From Eledone cirrhosa (Eukaryota), in contig OZ024742.1 of NCBI GenBank assembly GCA_964016885.1, positions 301,878,001 to 301,942,000 on the forward strand: DNA of 64,000 nt. Direction: 5' to 3'. Numbering within the stretch: position 1 is the stretch's first letter; each line of letters starts with the position of its first letter. Both the position numbers and the translations under genes were made by a program. Under the pieces are notes generated by a model, which worked only from the letters and a program-made list of their open reading frames with translations, ran no database searches and had not been told where the DNA came from. Positions 25,320 through 39,267 of this stretch are shown here, piece by piece.

Positions 25320-25660
25320 TCCCTCAACCAAGTGATCTCTGAGTTGACCACCTGCAAGAAGTTAGATAATCTCACCCCCGCCAACCTAGTGATCTCTGAG
25401 TTGATCACTTGCAAGAAGTTAAAGATGACCTCTCCCACAACCAACCTAGTGATCTCTGAGTTGACCACTTGCAAGAAGTTAGATAACTCTGCCCCTATCA
25501 ACCTAGTGATCACAAAGCTGACCACTTGCAAGAAGTTAAAGGAAATGACCTCTCCCACCACCAACCTTGTGATCTCTGAGCTGACCACTTGCAAGAAGTT
25601 AGAACCCCACTCCCCACCCAACCTAGTGATCCCTGAGCTGACCACTTGCAAGAAGTTAAA
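25320..25660. repeat. 57-63 bp tandem array, 6 copies, with alternating linkers
   Basis: Core ccaacctagtgatctctgagttgaccacttgcaagaagtta; an inverted copy lies at ~26083-26145. Confidence 0.9.
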
Positions 25661-26319
25661 GGTATTAATCAGGGCTACAGATATATCATTTACAGAGAGA
25701 AAGTGTTCGATGGATAAGACAAATTCATTTTAGTAGTGGATCCAAAGGTAGGATGAATTTGTCTTGTCCATTGAACAGCTTCAATTTGTCTTGTCCATTG
25801 AACAGCTTCATTGAATACACTATTGAAGTGAATTTGTCTTGTCCATTGAACACTTTCTCTCTGTCAGTGATATATCTGTATTTTTGTGGTAAAGGATTTA
25901 TCTTACATAATGATCTCATATAATATTGAATCTACAAGATTTTGGTGCTATTTATTTTGAGAACAATATTTTAATGTCACTATGAGTGGCCGGTTACAAC
26001 TGGTTTGAACAGAAAAAGGTGAGAGAATTCTGGCTGGATACAGCCAGTTTAAATACTAAAGGGCTAATGTTTTTAACCTATATGCAAGTGGTCAGCTCAA
26101 AGATCACTAGATTGGGTGGAGGTGGAGTTAGCTAACTTCTTGCAATTTTACATGTTAAACTACACAGAGTAAAAACTGTTCAATAAAGAAGATAAATTCA
26201 CTTCAGTTAAATTTTCAAAGGAAACATTTAATGTTTCTGGTTGTGGTTATCTCATTTTACAGTTAGGAAGTGTGTTATCCTAAGAATTTATAGTCAATAT
26301 CCCCTCATTCTGTAGACAA

Positions 26320-26740
26320 ATTACCTAGGGTTGATAGGAAGAGGTTAGATGGTCTTAGCCTTTTCCCCTTGGAAATGAGGTAGATGTTTCATTTGGAATG
26401 CCACAGTTAGCAACTCATTTGCCCCATCCCACATCCTGGATCCAGTGGTAAAGGTGAGGATTACTAAATCTATAGTCAAACAATAAAATTCTCAAATACT
26501 GGAAATTATTTGCAAAGTATTTTTTTTTTCAACCTGAGCATTTTAGATATACGGTGGTGCTGGGCCACTGACAACGAGGTCTTTGTCATTGTTGGTACTT
26601 CATTTTACTAATATATCAGGTGATACCTGTGAGGGTGTTTGTTTATTCCTACATCTTTGTCACCCGCAAAAATGTTGCAAATATGTTGACTTGATTCAAA
26701 AAGTATTCAATGTAAACTACAACACCTTGTTGTGGCAAGA
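26320..26740 (+). mobile_element. Degenerate CRE-like LINE 3' fragment
   Basis: RKRLDGLSLFP (cf. KRPDG.T..PW), followed by an FFQP motif. Confidence 0.55.
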
Positions 26741-27535
26741 AATTAAGTGTGTATGTCTTGCACCACTTTTTTTCCTTTATAGATTGTGTTTATTTGCGCA
26801 CAAATTTAATTTACATGTTTTAAATAATTTGGTGATAGGAAGGGCATCTAGGCATAGAACACTTGTTAAACAATGGGTTGAGTGAACTCAGTTGTGTCAA
26901 AGACATGTCAATCTCTCTAATGCCAGTGCTATGATTGAATACACTTAGTACATTCTATAGAATGTGAGGTATCTACATAAGTGAGATGAGGTCCCTACCT
27001 GTCTGAGAGGCCAGTGGTTCCAAATAAATACTGACTTTCCCTGTGACAACCCATCCAGCCCATGCCAGTGTGGAAGGCAGACATAAAATGATGATAATGA
27101 AGGTGATTTAAATATGAACTTATGTAAATCTTACATTTATAGAACTTTCATTCTCTTTGTTCTTTAACTAACTAAACCTGTTTTCATCCTTTGTTGGTGT
27201 TTTTATATTACAAAAGTCCTTGATAGTTTATTTAGAAATTACTTCTCAACACAAACAGTTTAAGAGAACTTGATTTTATTTAAAGACTATGCCCCCACTC
27301 TCTCTATATATGGTGTGTGTGTATATATATATATGTGTGTGTGTGTAGGTGTATGTCTAATGAAAATAAATCAATTTTATACATATTAAAAATTTCTATA
27401 TAAAAATATTAATTTATGCATGTGTGTGTGTGTATGTATTTATGCATGTGTGTGTGTGTGTATGTATTTATGCATGTGTGTGTGTGTGTATGTATATTTA
27501 TATGTGTGTGAATATATATATGTGTATGTGTGTAA

Positions 27536-27566
<31 letters not shown>

Positions 27567-28388
27567 TACACACAGCAAGTCTTACATATATAAAGAAATC
27601 TGTATGTCTATTTTTCTGGGTGCGTAGATGGGCTTTACTTAACACCAGTTCAACAACTCAGCCATTGTTGTTGTATATATTATTATTGTTGTTGCAATTC
27701 ATTGAAATCCTGTTGATAATCATGTGACTTGAGAGAGGCAATAGAAAAAAAAACGGTCTTTTCTATATAGACTGTAAATAACAGCCATGACTTAATGTAA
27801 CCAAGCATTGTATGAATGACATAGATAGATTTTTTACACCTACACACAATACATACATACAATACATACACACATACATATACAGTACCATACATACATA
27901 CAATATATATATACACATACATATACAGTATAATACATACATATAGTATATATATATATATACACATACAATATATACACATACATATACAGTATAATAC
28001 ATACATATACAGTATAATACATACATATAGTATATATATATATATATACACACATACATACACATACATACACAATATAATACATTTACAGGAAAATATA
28101 CATATACCCACCTGTTGAGATTTGTCTTTGTTACATTTAAATTTTTGGTTAAACTTCCACATTTAAAGTGATTTCCTCATTACAATTCTTCAAAGTCTAT
28201 ACTACTATTACTACTACTACCACTATACTGCAACAACAAGTAGTTATTGTTGTAATAGTGGTAGTAATAGTAGTAGTAGTAGTAGTAATAGTTGTAGTGA
28301 TAATAATTAAAGTTTTTAGTCATATTAAAGTTTGCGTAGTTCTTTGCGCTCCATTTTGTTACAAGAGGTTTCCTATTGACTAGGAGCC

Positions 28389-28515
28389 ATGAAGAAACGC
28401 TCTCAATCACAGTTAGTACTTAACAGTGGATCTGACATTTTTACCGAATTTTCTTGGACAACTTCTAAAACTGGCTTCTACGAGCCATTTAAAATTGATC
28501 TTATATTAATGAGAG
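28389..28515 (+). CDS. Candidate alternative first coding exon A of the GAREM-like gene
   Basis: gccATG, 42 open codons (MKKRSQSQLVLNSGSDIFTEFSWTTSKTGFYEPFKIDLILMR), then G|gtaaat. Phase 1, joining 43690 as GWFE. Non-repetitive sequence. No homology support. Confidence 0.4.
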
Positions 28516-28577
28516 GTAAATCAAAATTTTTCTACAGCTTGTATTATTTGTATGTGTAGCAGGTGTGTGTGTGTATG

Positions 28578-28608
<31 letters not shown>

Positions 28609-29046
28609 CATCATTTTACATCTGATTTCCCTTGCTTGCAAGGCTGGGACGGGTCCTCTTCAGCACAGCATCTCTCCGTTTGTCACAGTCCTTTGTGGCA
28701 AAAAATTATGAACACAACATACAATACACACTTAGAGCTTACTAGCCTTTAAATATTATTTACACTCTGTGGTGAACTAAGTTGTATAATTGTCTTACTA
28801 GTCTCAACTATCAACACCTTATCCATGTTCGTGTGTATATATATATATATATATATAGCATCATCATCATCATCATTGTGATCAGTTTATGTCTGCTTTC
28901 CACAGGTTGTCACAGTCTTACACATGATACGTCAGAGTAACCCATCTTACTCATTACTCCCATCTTTGGCATGGTTTCTACAGTTGGATATTCTTCAAAC
29001 ACCTTACAGAGTGTACTGGTGCATTTTTTTCTTGGCATCAACACTT

Positions 29047-29112
<66 letters not shown>

Positions 29113-29248
29113 CATCTTATGCTAAATCCCTGAGGTGTAGATCATGGAGATGTTATGTATATTGGTGACAAATATTTATTATGTATGATATATATATATA
29201 TATAAAGTTATGAAACGAAAGGAGCTGTGTGGTTACTAAAACAAGGTT

Positions 29249-29617
29249 TAGGATGGTGGTTAGGACGGAACAGGCGGGGATAGGAAGAAAGGAGTTTTCA
29301 TCGTCAGCTGTAAATGTTTCCCGAACCAATGTTTCGGTGCTGAATTACAGGACATAAAAGGCCAGGTGGAAAAGGAGAGAGAAAAGGAAAGAGACGGAAA
29401 AGAGGAAGAACAGGGGGAAAAAGATGAGGAGAGAGGGGGAAGGGAAAAGGGGTCCCCTTTTCCCTTCCTTTTGATTAATAAAAGGCCTCGGGCGCACCCG
29501 AAATACACCGATGTCCTGTAATTCAGCGCTGAAACATCGGATCGGGAAGCCTTTACAGCTGACCATGGAAATTCCTTTCTTCCTTTCTCCTCCTGTTCCA
29601 TCCTAACCACCATCCTA
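29249..29617. mobile_element. Foldback element with 107-bp imperfect inverted arms
   Basis: Arms 29249-29355 and 29511-29617 are reverse complements with scattered mismatches; (TA)n on both flanks. Confidence 0.8.
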
Positions 29618-29655
29618 TATATATATACACACATACACACATACATACATACATA

Positions 29656-29996
29656 CAGTTGTCCCCTGGGGATTACATTCCTAGAGCACTCACAAAGAGT
29701 GAAAACAGTGAATATTGGACATGGTCCATAAAAATGCCTATGAATATAACGTAAAATATAAAAAAAATGGGAGCGCTTATACGAAGGGGCGTCCAATAGA
29801 CCAGTAAATTCAGTATATTGTTATTAATAATTTAGCATTAAAAAAAATACACATTGCCACGAAAAAAGCCATTTAAAAAATCGCGGAAGATATTTACAAT
29901 TCCGCAAATATGCGGTGGTTTCCACGAACAATTATTAGTTGGGTTCTAAGGAAAATTCTGCAAATAACCAGAACTGTGAATGATGGGGCTACACTG
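29656..29996. mobile_element. pogo/Tigger-like MITE
   Basis: TA|CAGTTGTCCCC ... GGGGCTACACTG|TA termini. Confidence 0.6.
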
Positions 29997-30207
29997 TATA
30001 TAGATATATATGATAATGTAGTTATTGTAAGACATGCACTGGTATATGTAGAGTGAGATAATATATTTAATATGATTAAGTAGTAGTTATATACAATACA
30101 AGTTTCACTTTGTAGTCAGTCACTGTTGTGACCAACCACTTAGTAAAACTTATGTTGTTGATAGCAGTTACTTAGGACTATTGAAATGATAAATGTATAT
30201 ATTTGTC

Positions 30208-30244
<37 letters not shown>

Positions 30245-32704
30245 GAATGAATGAAAAAATGGCGTGCTGCGTTGTTGCGAGTGTGATAGATATGAATGGC
30301 TTGTTCGGACTTAAGTCCACAAGATTCATTGACTTGTCTCTCTTTTCCTCGCTTTACGTTGCATTACTACCATGTCGTTTGTTTACTTTCCCCTTCCAAT
30401 TCGCTCTGTCCCGATAACTTAATTTAGTTATCGCTCACACTGATTTGAGGTATCTAGTCTTTAATGTGAAGAAATACCAATGATAATCAGCAGACTACTG
30501 ATGATGGGCAGTCCCGTTTCTCGGTCTATTTTTATTTTTATTCAACCTTGCCTCAAGTGGCACAACACCTGTCTAACCCATGCTAGCTTGGAAGATGGGC
30601 GTTAAACGATGATGGTGATGGTGATGATGATGATTGTGTGTATATATATGTGTGTGATATGTTACAATATTATAAGACCTGTCCATCAGTAGAAGCATTG
30701 CAACAGTAAAAGTAAATGTGGTGAGAGACTGCAGGCTACAGTGTTTGTTGATTAAACAGAATCAATATAAGGTTTGATAAGACTCTTCAGTCTGGATGAT
30801 TATACAACAACCTCTCTAATGCTGGTGCCACAATAAAACACACCCAGTACACTCTGTAAGATATTAATGTGTGTATGTGTCATCATCATCATCATCGTTT
30901 TATGTCTGTTTTTCCACACTTGCATGGGTTGAATGGTACCTTCTCAGCATGGCATCTCTCCATTTGTTGCATTCCTTCGTCATCTTCTATGTGAGTCTCA
31001 GTGTGTGTATAGTTACAGTGTATCTTTACCTTTTGAGTTGAAATCTGAGGTTAGCTTTGCCTTTCATCCTTACGGGGTCGATAAAATAAAGTACCAGTAA
31101 TGCAATGGAGTCAATTTAATTGACTTTCCCCTCCCCCAAAATTGTTGGCCTTGTGCCAAAAGTAGAAACCATTATTATGTAACTCTATTATGGATAATTT
31201 TAATTTAAAACAACTGGCTTTGTATTATAGAAACTAAACCCCCTCCCCATTTTCACCCTCAGGCCACATACTAGTCATATTTACTGGTCCTTCTTCATCA
31301 GAATGCTTTCTCCCTGGGAGTCCTTCCCTGCTCTCATTCCTCATGTAGCCATCAACTTCTTGTTGTTGTTGAAGAACAACATCAATATTGACAACCTGAC
31401 CACTTTCTGAGAGAGTCATGAACACATCACATTCCTCCAGAGAAAATCATTAATATAAGAAAACTAATCGTGTTAAATACTTTCCTGTAAAATCATCATC
31501 ATCATACGTCTGCCTGCGAGGGTGGAATGGGTCCTCTTCAACACAACATTTCTCCATTTGCCATGGTCCTTCGTCATCATCTCTGTGAGCTTCAGCGATC
31601 TGAGGTCAGCTCCCACCACCTCCGCTCATGTTTTCCATGGTCTTCCTTCCACTGGGATTAATGGTATTTCGTCACCCAATGGTCATATTATCATAAAATA
31701 TCATCATTACCATCATCCACTTTTTGTGCTGGCATTGTTTGGACAAGTTGTCATGGTCCAAGACCAAATGGGTCAGATCTTCCTAATTTGTTCATATGTT
31801 TCATATTTGGCATGGTTTCTATGCCAAACACCTTATGGGTTGTACTGGGAGCCTTTTTTGTGTGTGTCACTACCACTTTACAAAATTGACTGGGAACATT
31901 TTCTCATGGCAAAAGCACTGAAGGCTCTTCTCAAATCCTATCTTGCCTCCATTCAATCACTGACACTAACCTCTGCTCCCTTGCTATGTTTACAATCATT
32001 AATTTAACATATACGGTGGATTGGCAGTATCAGATGCCATGCTTTGCAGCAAAGAGTACGGCCCTTTATGGTCTGAGTTCAATTCCTGCCGAGGTTAACT
32101 TTGCCTTTCATCCTTACGATGTCGATAAAATAAAGTACCAGTAATGCACTGGGTAATTGCTGGCCTTGTGCCTAAAGTAGAAACAATTAATTTAACATAT
32201 ACTGTCTACCTGAATTCATTTACAAGGGTATGGTTGAACTGAGGTTCAGAGTGAGATTGAGCCCAGGGCTTATGATTGCAATGTAAACTTCCTAACTACT
32301 CAGCCATAGCTCTATTTATTGATGAAAAATACTATGATACTGAACAAATAGAAATAAAATTCAATATTTTAAGTTTGACAAGCTGTGTTTATGAAAAAAA
32401 AAAAAGGCCAAAAGTATTGAAATAATTATTTCTTTCATCTTATTCAGAATTGTAGTAGCTTCCAGCAGTTTTTTTTTTTTTTTTTTTAAATTTGTTTTTT
32501 TTGCTTTGAAATGGTTTCTCTGCAATAATAGTTCTTTCTGATATTCTTTGGATTCCGATGTAGGTGGATTATGGAATGTAATTTTCATTATATTTGATTC
32601 ATTTGTTCACAGTGAATCATACAAATATTTTTTGGTTTCAACAAACCAAAAATAGCAAGTTATTCCAAAAATGATGGGGGCGATGTACTCACAGGACCAT
32701 TCCA

Positions 32705-33150
32705 TTGGGCTCAGGACCTATTTTAGTGGAGACATCTAGTGTCCTGGTCCCCCAGAACCTATTTTAGGGAAAATATCTGGTGTTCTGGTTCCCAGAACCT
32801 ATTTTAGGGAAGACATCCTGGTGTTCTGGATCCTAAAACCTATTGTAGGGAAATATCTGGTGTTCTGGTCCCAGAAACTATTGTAGTCGAAACATCTGGT
32901 GTCCTGGGTCCCCAGAACCACCTCCCTACTCGGTTTGATCAGAATAGAGGTGGTCATTTGTAGGAATGCGGCCCATTATATAGTGAAAGTATGACAGTGG
33001 GTGGGGTCCATTATATAATGAAAGTATGACTGGGTGGGGTCCATTATATAATGAAAGTATGACTGGGTGGGGTTCATTATATAATGAAAGTGTGACAGTG
33101 GGTGGGGTCCATTATATAGTGAGGGTATGACAGAGGGTGGAGTCCTTTAT
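32705..33150. repeat. Two adjacent minisatellites (~41 bp x5 and ~31-34 bp x5)
   Basis: Units like acctattttagggaaatatctggtgttctggtcccaga and ggtggggtccattatataatgaaagtatgac. Confidence 0.8.
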
Positions 33151-33715
33151 ATACTCATATATATATATATATACATGAAGGGTTTCCACACAGTTAACAT
33201 ATACCAAATTCACTAACAAGTGTTAATGAATTGGGGGACACCTCAGATGAAGTGCCTATATTCCTCATCTTCCCACAATGTACAATCTTATTGGAACTTA
33301 CAAACTTCCTGTGTAATTTCTTATTTAGCCTGTCTGGCAAACTGTTATATATTTTGTTTACACAAATATTTATCAGCCTGTAACAAGGATAATTATCTTG
33401 TTGAGGAGATCAAAGTACTCTTGTCTGTTATCATGGTAAATATATACAATCTTGGTTCAGCTACAAATAAAAGTATATCAAACATTTGCTATTTTACCAT
33501 TTTTTTTTTTTTTTTTTTTTTACAATTGTTAATTTTAGGTTGTTTAGCAAGATTTGTCTTTTCTTTTTCTTCGCTTCTTTGTAAAAATAACAAATTGTTG
33601 AGAGTGAATCATTCAGTTCCAAAACAGCCATTTGCGCCACATGGACTGTTATTTACGCTACTGGTGGCTAGTTTCTAGAATAAGAACTAGCTTCACCTAA
33701 ATCTTGATTGAAACG

Positions 33716-33746
33716 ATGAGAGCAAGGATTCTAGTTGGATATAAAT
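33716..33746 (+). CDS. Candidate alternative first coding exon B of the GAREM-like gene
   Basis: MRARILVGYK then T|gtaagc, phase 1. Initiator-like TCAGTT at 33613-33618 and a short upstream ORF from 33641. Confidence 0.3.
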
Positions 33747-33764
33747 GTAAGCTTTATTATTATA

Positions 33765-34260
33765 TTAACCCTTTTGATTACAACCTACTTGAAACTGATT
33801 CCTGATTATAGGATGTAAACATTTGTTTTAACTCTTTAACATTTACATTACTCTATATATACTATTGTATTTTCACAGTAAACACTTTACCTCATATAAT
33901 TATCTCACATAATATCGAATCTATGAGATTTTAATATTTATTTTGAGAACAATACCTTAACATAAGTATGAGCAGCTGATTATGGCCAGTTTGAACAGAA
34001 AGTGGTGAGAGAATTCTGGCCAGATACAGCTGGTTTAAATGCTAATGAGTTAAACGTTTATCACCATTTAGCGTCTATTTTATATTTAAATTTAATCCTT
34101 CCTTGATAATATTTTGTAAGAACCTTTCTTCCAAACACCAGCTAAATAATGAGAATATTAGTTATATTGATCAATCCCTCAGAATTCATGATTATTTTCA
34201 AAATTGTTTGAAAATCCTAGGCAGTGTCATTCATTAGAAATATGGTGATGAAAGGATTAA
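33765..34260 (+). mobile_element. piggyBac-like MITE family 2 containing a family-1 copy (33828-34053)
   Basis: TTAACCCTTTTGA...GAAAGGATTAA; an uninterrupted relative lies at 42275-42528. Confidence 0.65.
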
Positions 34261-35139
34261 AGTGTTTATATTTATCTGAAAACCTTCTGTCATAATCTTA
34301 TGCTAGAATTTTTTTTATGTTCCAAAAACCAGTTTAATAATGAAAATGTGTGTTATATTACTAAATCCCTCCAAATTTTTGATTATTTAAAAAATTGTTT
34401 GAAAACCATAGTCAGTGTTTGTCATTACAAATATGATAACGAAAGGAGTAAATATAAAAAAAATACTAGTTATCAAAATACCTTTCCTATAATTGAGTCA
34501 AAAGAGAAAGGGCAGCACTTACTTTGGGGAGATTGAAAGGGTTGTAGTAACTATTGGTCAACTTTTACCAAACTACCCATCGACCTTTCTTTACCCACTC
34601 TAAATTTCTTCAGCTTTTTAAAAATAAAATTCTTTCAAATTTACATAACTTCATTCTTCACATTTCTTGGAATTTATGATAGAAAGAAAAACATAGAACA
34701 GAAGAATCTCTATATAGTCATTTAACTTGCTAAGAATAGCCACTAAAATCTCCCTCAAATTTCGCCCTACCATCTTGCAACTGGGAGAAGACATTAGATA
34801 ATGTAGTCCTAGATATGCAATAGCCAAGAGAAGGATAGGATAGGATGGTCATGGTTGAAATACCTTTGATCATAGTTATGTTCAGTCAGAGATAACAGCA
34901 AACCCTGAAATAATTGTTTCTACTTTTGGCACAAGGCCAGTAATTACCCAGTGCATTACTGGTACTTTATTTTATCGACCCCGTAAGGATGAAAGGCAAA
35001 GTTAACCTCGGCGGGATTTGAACTCAGAATGGCAAGGGCCGTAACTATGCGTCAAAGCATGGCGTCCGACTCTCTACCGATACTGCCAATCCCCCCTCCT
35101 GAAATAATGAATAGAAACAACTATGGATTGTGCTAGGTG

Positions 35140-35590
35140 ATAATCTGTGGTATATTGTGTGAGGGGTCAGTGGGTCTGTGGTATATTGTTTTAAGAGTCA
35201 GTGAGTCTGTGGTATATTATGCCAGTGGGTTTGTGGGTCTGTGGTATATTGTGTCTGTGGTATATTATGACTGTGGGTCTGTGGTATATTGTGTATGTGG
35301 TATATTATGACTGTGGGTCTGTGGTATATTGTGTCTGTGGTATATTATGACTGTGGGTCTGTGGTATATTATGACTGCGGGTCTGTGGTATATTATGACT
35401 GTAGGTCTGTGGTATAGTATGACTGTGGGTCTGTGGTATATTATGACTGTAGGTCTGTGGTATATTATGACTGTAGGTCTGTGGTATAGTATGACTGTGG
35501 GTCTGTGGTATATTATGACTGTAGGTCTGTGGTATATTATGACTGTAGGTCTGTGGTATAGTATGACTGTGGGTCTGTGGTATATTATAT
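35140..35590. repeat. 24-bp minisatellite (gtggtatattatgactgtgggtct)n
   Basis: About 13 full units plus 16-bp variants and degenerate 5' copies. Confidence 0.92.
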
Positions 35591-37369
35591 CAGATCTATG
35601 GATTATTTCTGCTGGAATTTTTTTTGTGCCAAAAGTAGAAACAATTATTATTATTAAGGCAGTGGATTGGCAGAATTGTTAGTGTGGGAGAAAATGCTTT
35701 GTGGCATTTATTCTGGCTCTTTACATTCTGAGTTCAAATCCCACTGGAGTTATTTTTGCCTTTCATCCTTACGGGGTCGATAAAATAAGGCACCAGTAAT
35801 ACACTAGGGTCAATTTTCTCGACTTCCCCTCCCCTTCAAATTGCTGGCCTTGTGTCTAAATCAGAAACTATTATTATTATCTGGGTGGTGAATTGGCAGA
35901 ATGGTTTTGTGGTATTTGTTTTGGCTCTTTACATTCTAAGTTCAGGTCAACTTTGCTTTTTATCCTTCCAAGGGGGATAAAATAAAGTACCAGTTAAGTA
36001 CTGGGGTTGATTTAATTCACTTTCTCCTACCCCAAATTGCTGGCCTTGTGTCTAAATTAGAAACCATTATTGTAGTTGTAGAAATGTGATGTTTTGCTTA
36101 TTTTTTCATGTACTCCTTCATGTACACACCACCAACTCTTATAACTCTGTGTGTGCAATGGTGTGTATGTGTATTAACGTATGTGTGTGTGTTTACCCTG
36201 ATATGTGTTTGTGTGCATGCATGGATGTGTGGGTGTGTTTACAGGAGTGTTTGTGTGTGAATGGGTGTTTACGTATGCATGTGTTTGTGTGTTCATGGAT
36301 GTGGTGCCATGATAAAATGCACCCAGTCCACTTTGTAAAGTAATAGTGCTGGTGCCACAATAAAAAAGCATCTAGTTCACCCTGTAAGGTGATAGTGCTA
36401 GTGTTACAATAAAAAGCTCCTAGTGCATGCTGTAAAGTGGTAATGCTTGTGCCACAATAAAAAGCTCCCAAGAGGTTGGCATTGGGAAGGGCATCTGGCC
36501 ATAGAAAACCAACCCAAAACCGAACATACAAGCATGATGTAGTCACCTGAACTTTTAGAGTCAGAAGCCAACAATCTGTTTATACCTCTGCAAGTATGGA
36601 AAATAGACATTAAACATCGATGGTGATGATAATGATGATAAATAGACATTAAACATTGAAGGTGATGATAATGATGATAAATAGACATTAAACATTGAAG
36701 GTGATTGTGTTGATAAATAAAATAACAATGTTAGTAAATCAAAGAGGATAAATGATGTACTAATAGACTTGTTGAAGTAATGGAGTTGCCAGATTTAGTT
36801 TTATTCTAATATCTTCTAAAGTCAAGAATACTTCTTTTCTTTATTTTACTATTTAGTGAAGGAGGATGAGGGTACTGCCTATGACCTTTTCCAGGGTCTC
36901 ACTAGATTGGTAGGAGAGAGAATGGAAAGTGCCCACAGGCCAGGTCATCATAATCTACTAACAGAAGCATTTTTATATCTACTTTCTATATTGGCATGGG
37001 TTGGACTGATTATTACGATCCAAAACCAGATGGGTTGGAGTGACCTATCTTTCTCATACATGCCATATTTAGCAGGTTTTGTATGGCTGGATGCCAGCTA
37101 TCCTACAGAGTGTATTGGGTAGGTTTGTTTCTTTTTGCATATCACTGCTATCATTTTACAGAGTGGACTAGGTGCATTTTATCATGGTACCAATACTAAT
37201 ACTTTACAGGGTGTACTAGGTGTATTTTATTGTGGCACCAGCACTAGAGGTGTAATCAAAGGAAGGGTCCTATCAAACCCTATATTGTCTCTGTTTGATC
37301 ACTAACACTGTAACCTCCAGTCACTCTCTATATTTACTTTTTATACAGGAGCACGTGTTTTTTTTTTTG

Positions 37370-38130
37370 TATTATGGCATATCACCAGTCTACTTAGTCT
37401 TGTATATTATGGCATATGACCAGTCTGCTAAGTCTTATATATTATGGCATATGACCAGTCAGCTTGATCTTGTTTATTATGGCATATCACCAGTCAGCTT
37501 GATCTTGTGTATTATGGCATATGACCAGTCAGCTTGATCTTGTGTATTATGGCATATCACCAGTCAGCTTCATCTTGTGTATTATGGCATATGACCAGTC
37601 AGCTTGATCTTGTGTATTATGGCATATGACCAGTCAGCTTGATCTTGTGTATTATGGCATATCACCAATCAGCTTCATCTTGTGTATTATGGCATATGAC
37701 CAGTCAGCTTGATCTTGTGTATTATGGCATATCACCAGTCAGCTTGATCTTGTGTATTATGGCATATGACCAGTCAGCTTGATCTTGTATATTATGGCAT
37801 ATGACCAGTCAGCTTGATCTTGTGTATTATGGCATATGACCAGTCAGCTTGATCTTGTGTATTATGGCATATGACCAGTCAGCTTGATCTTGTGTATTAT
37901 GGCATATGACCAGTCAGCTTGATCTTGTGTATTATGGCATATGACCAGTCAGCTTGATCTTGTGTATTATGGCATATCACCAATCAGCTTCATCTTGTGT
38001 ATTATGGCATATGACCAGTCAGCTTGATCTTGTGTATTATGGCATATGACCAGTCAGCTTGATCTTGTGTATTATGGCATATCACCAATCAGCTTCATCT
38101 TGTGTATTATGGCATGTCACTAGTCAGCTC
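37370..38130. repeat. 35-bp minisatellite (tattatggcatatgaccagtcagcttgatcttgtg)n
   Basis: About 21-22 copies. Confidence 0.95.
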
Positions 38131-39267
38131 AGTGGGATTAAGTTTCAGGATGTAGTGTTAAACTGTATGACATATTATGTGTCCCTTTCAAGTAGACCAC
38201 AATTGGATTTGAACTCAGGACATTAAAAAAAAACAGAACAAATACTGCAAGGCATTTCACCTGATACTCTAACAAATCCAATAATTCCCCATCCCTGGAC
38301 TGGACGTTGAAGGGATGAAAGGCAAATCTTGACCATGGCAGGATTTGAACTCATAATACAGGCAACCAGAATAAATATCATGTCTTCCTGTTCTCTGTTC
38401 TTATGACTCTGCAAACTTACCTTTCAGTTTGTGTAACAAGATTTGACTTTATCCTTTACCTAATTGGCCTTATGTTTCATAAAAACATCAGTTGCTGCTA
38501 ATATTTCCAAAGAACATCTATTGAAAGCTTCTTTTCTATTCTTAGGATCAAATTTCTAACTTAAATTACTGCTATTTTCTTTTTCATTTTAACCATCCAT
38601 GTTTATCAAGAATAATTAGCCTAGTTTAATTTTAATTCAAAATATTTGGTTATTGTTATTGTTTTTGCTTTTTAAAAAAAAAATGAAACTTATTTTATTT
38701 AGAATTCATAAAACACAATTAAAAGTAAGATTTTTTTTTTTAATGGGAGAGGCAAACCTTGCACTTTCATCTGAAGAGAATATCCTAACTATACTCTGTG
38801 AACAAGATGGTAAACTGTACACCCTTGGTTATATAGTATATCTCACCTACACCCCACAGACAAACTCTACACTCTCAGTTTAACAGTATACCTTGTAAAG
38901 TGGTTGATGTTAGGAAGGACATCTAGCTGTAGAAACCATTTCCAAATATGGAACGTATGAGCAAGATAGGTCATTCCAGCCTGTCTTGTCTCAGACAATC
39001 CATGCCAATGGGGAAAGCCAATGTAAAATGATGGTAAATGGTGATACAGAACTAGTGAAACTAACCAATCGGCTGAAGTGGTATAATATATGGAAAGTGG
39101 ATTAGATGGGTTATCATAATCTGGAACCAGATGGATTGGAATGACCTGTGTTGCTCATACATTCCATATTTAAGATGGTTTCTACAGCTGGACGCCTTTC
39201 CTAACATCAACAACATACAGTGTACTGGGTACATTTTTTTTTTTTGTAGTACCAACATTTACAAATG

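Noticed and set aside
25320-25660. CRISPR-like repeat/spacer appearance
   Set aside because: Linkers are 16-22 bp and alternate between two related types; eukaryotic context with no cas genes.
27409-28410. Many ORFs rich in YI/CV/HT (also near 10000, 29000, 46200 and 52300)
   Set aside because: Translations of (TA)n, (TG)n and (TAG)n microsatellites.
35329-35682. (LWYIMTVG)n ORF
   Set aside because: By-product of a 24-bp minisatellite whose 16-bp variants break the frame.
37370-38130. 35-bp repeats of CRISPR-like length
   Set aside because: Directly tandem, with no unique spacers.
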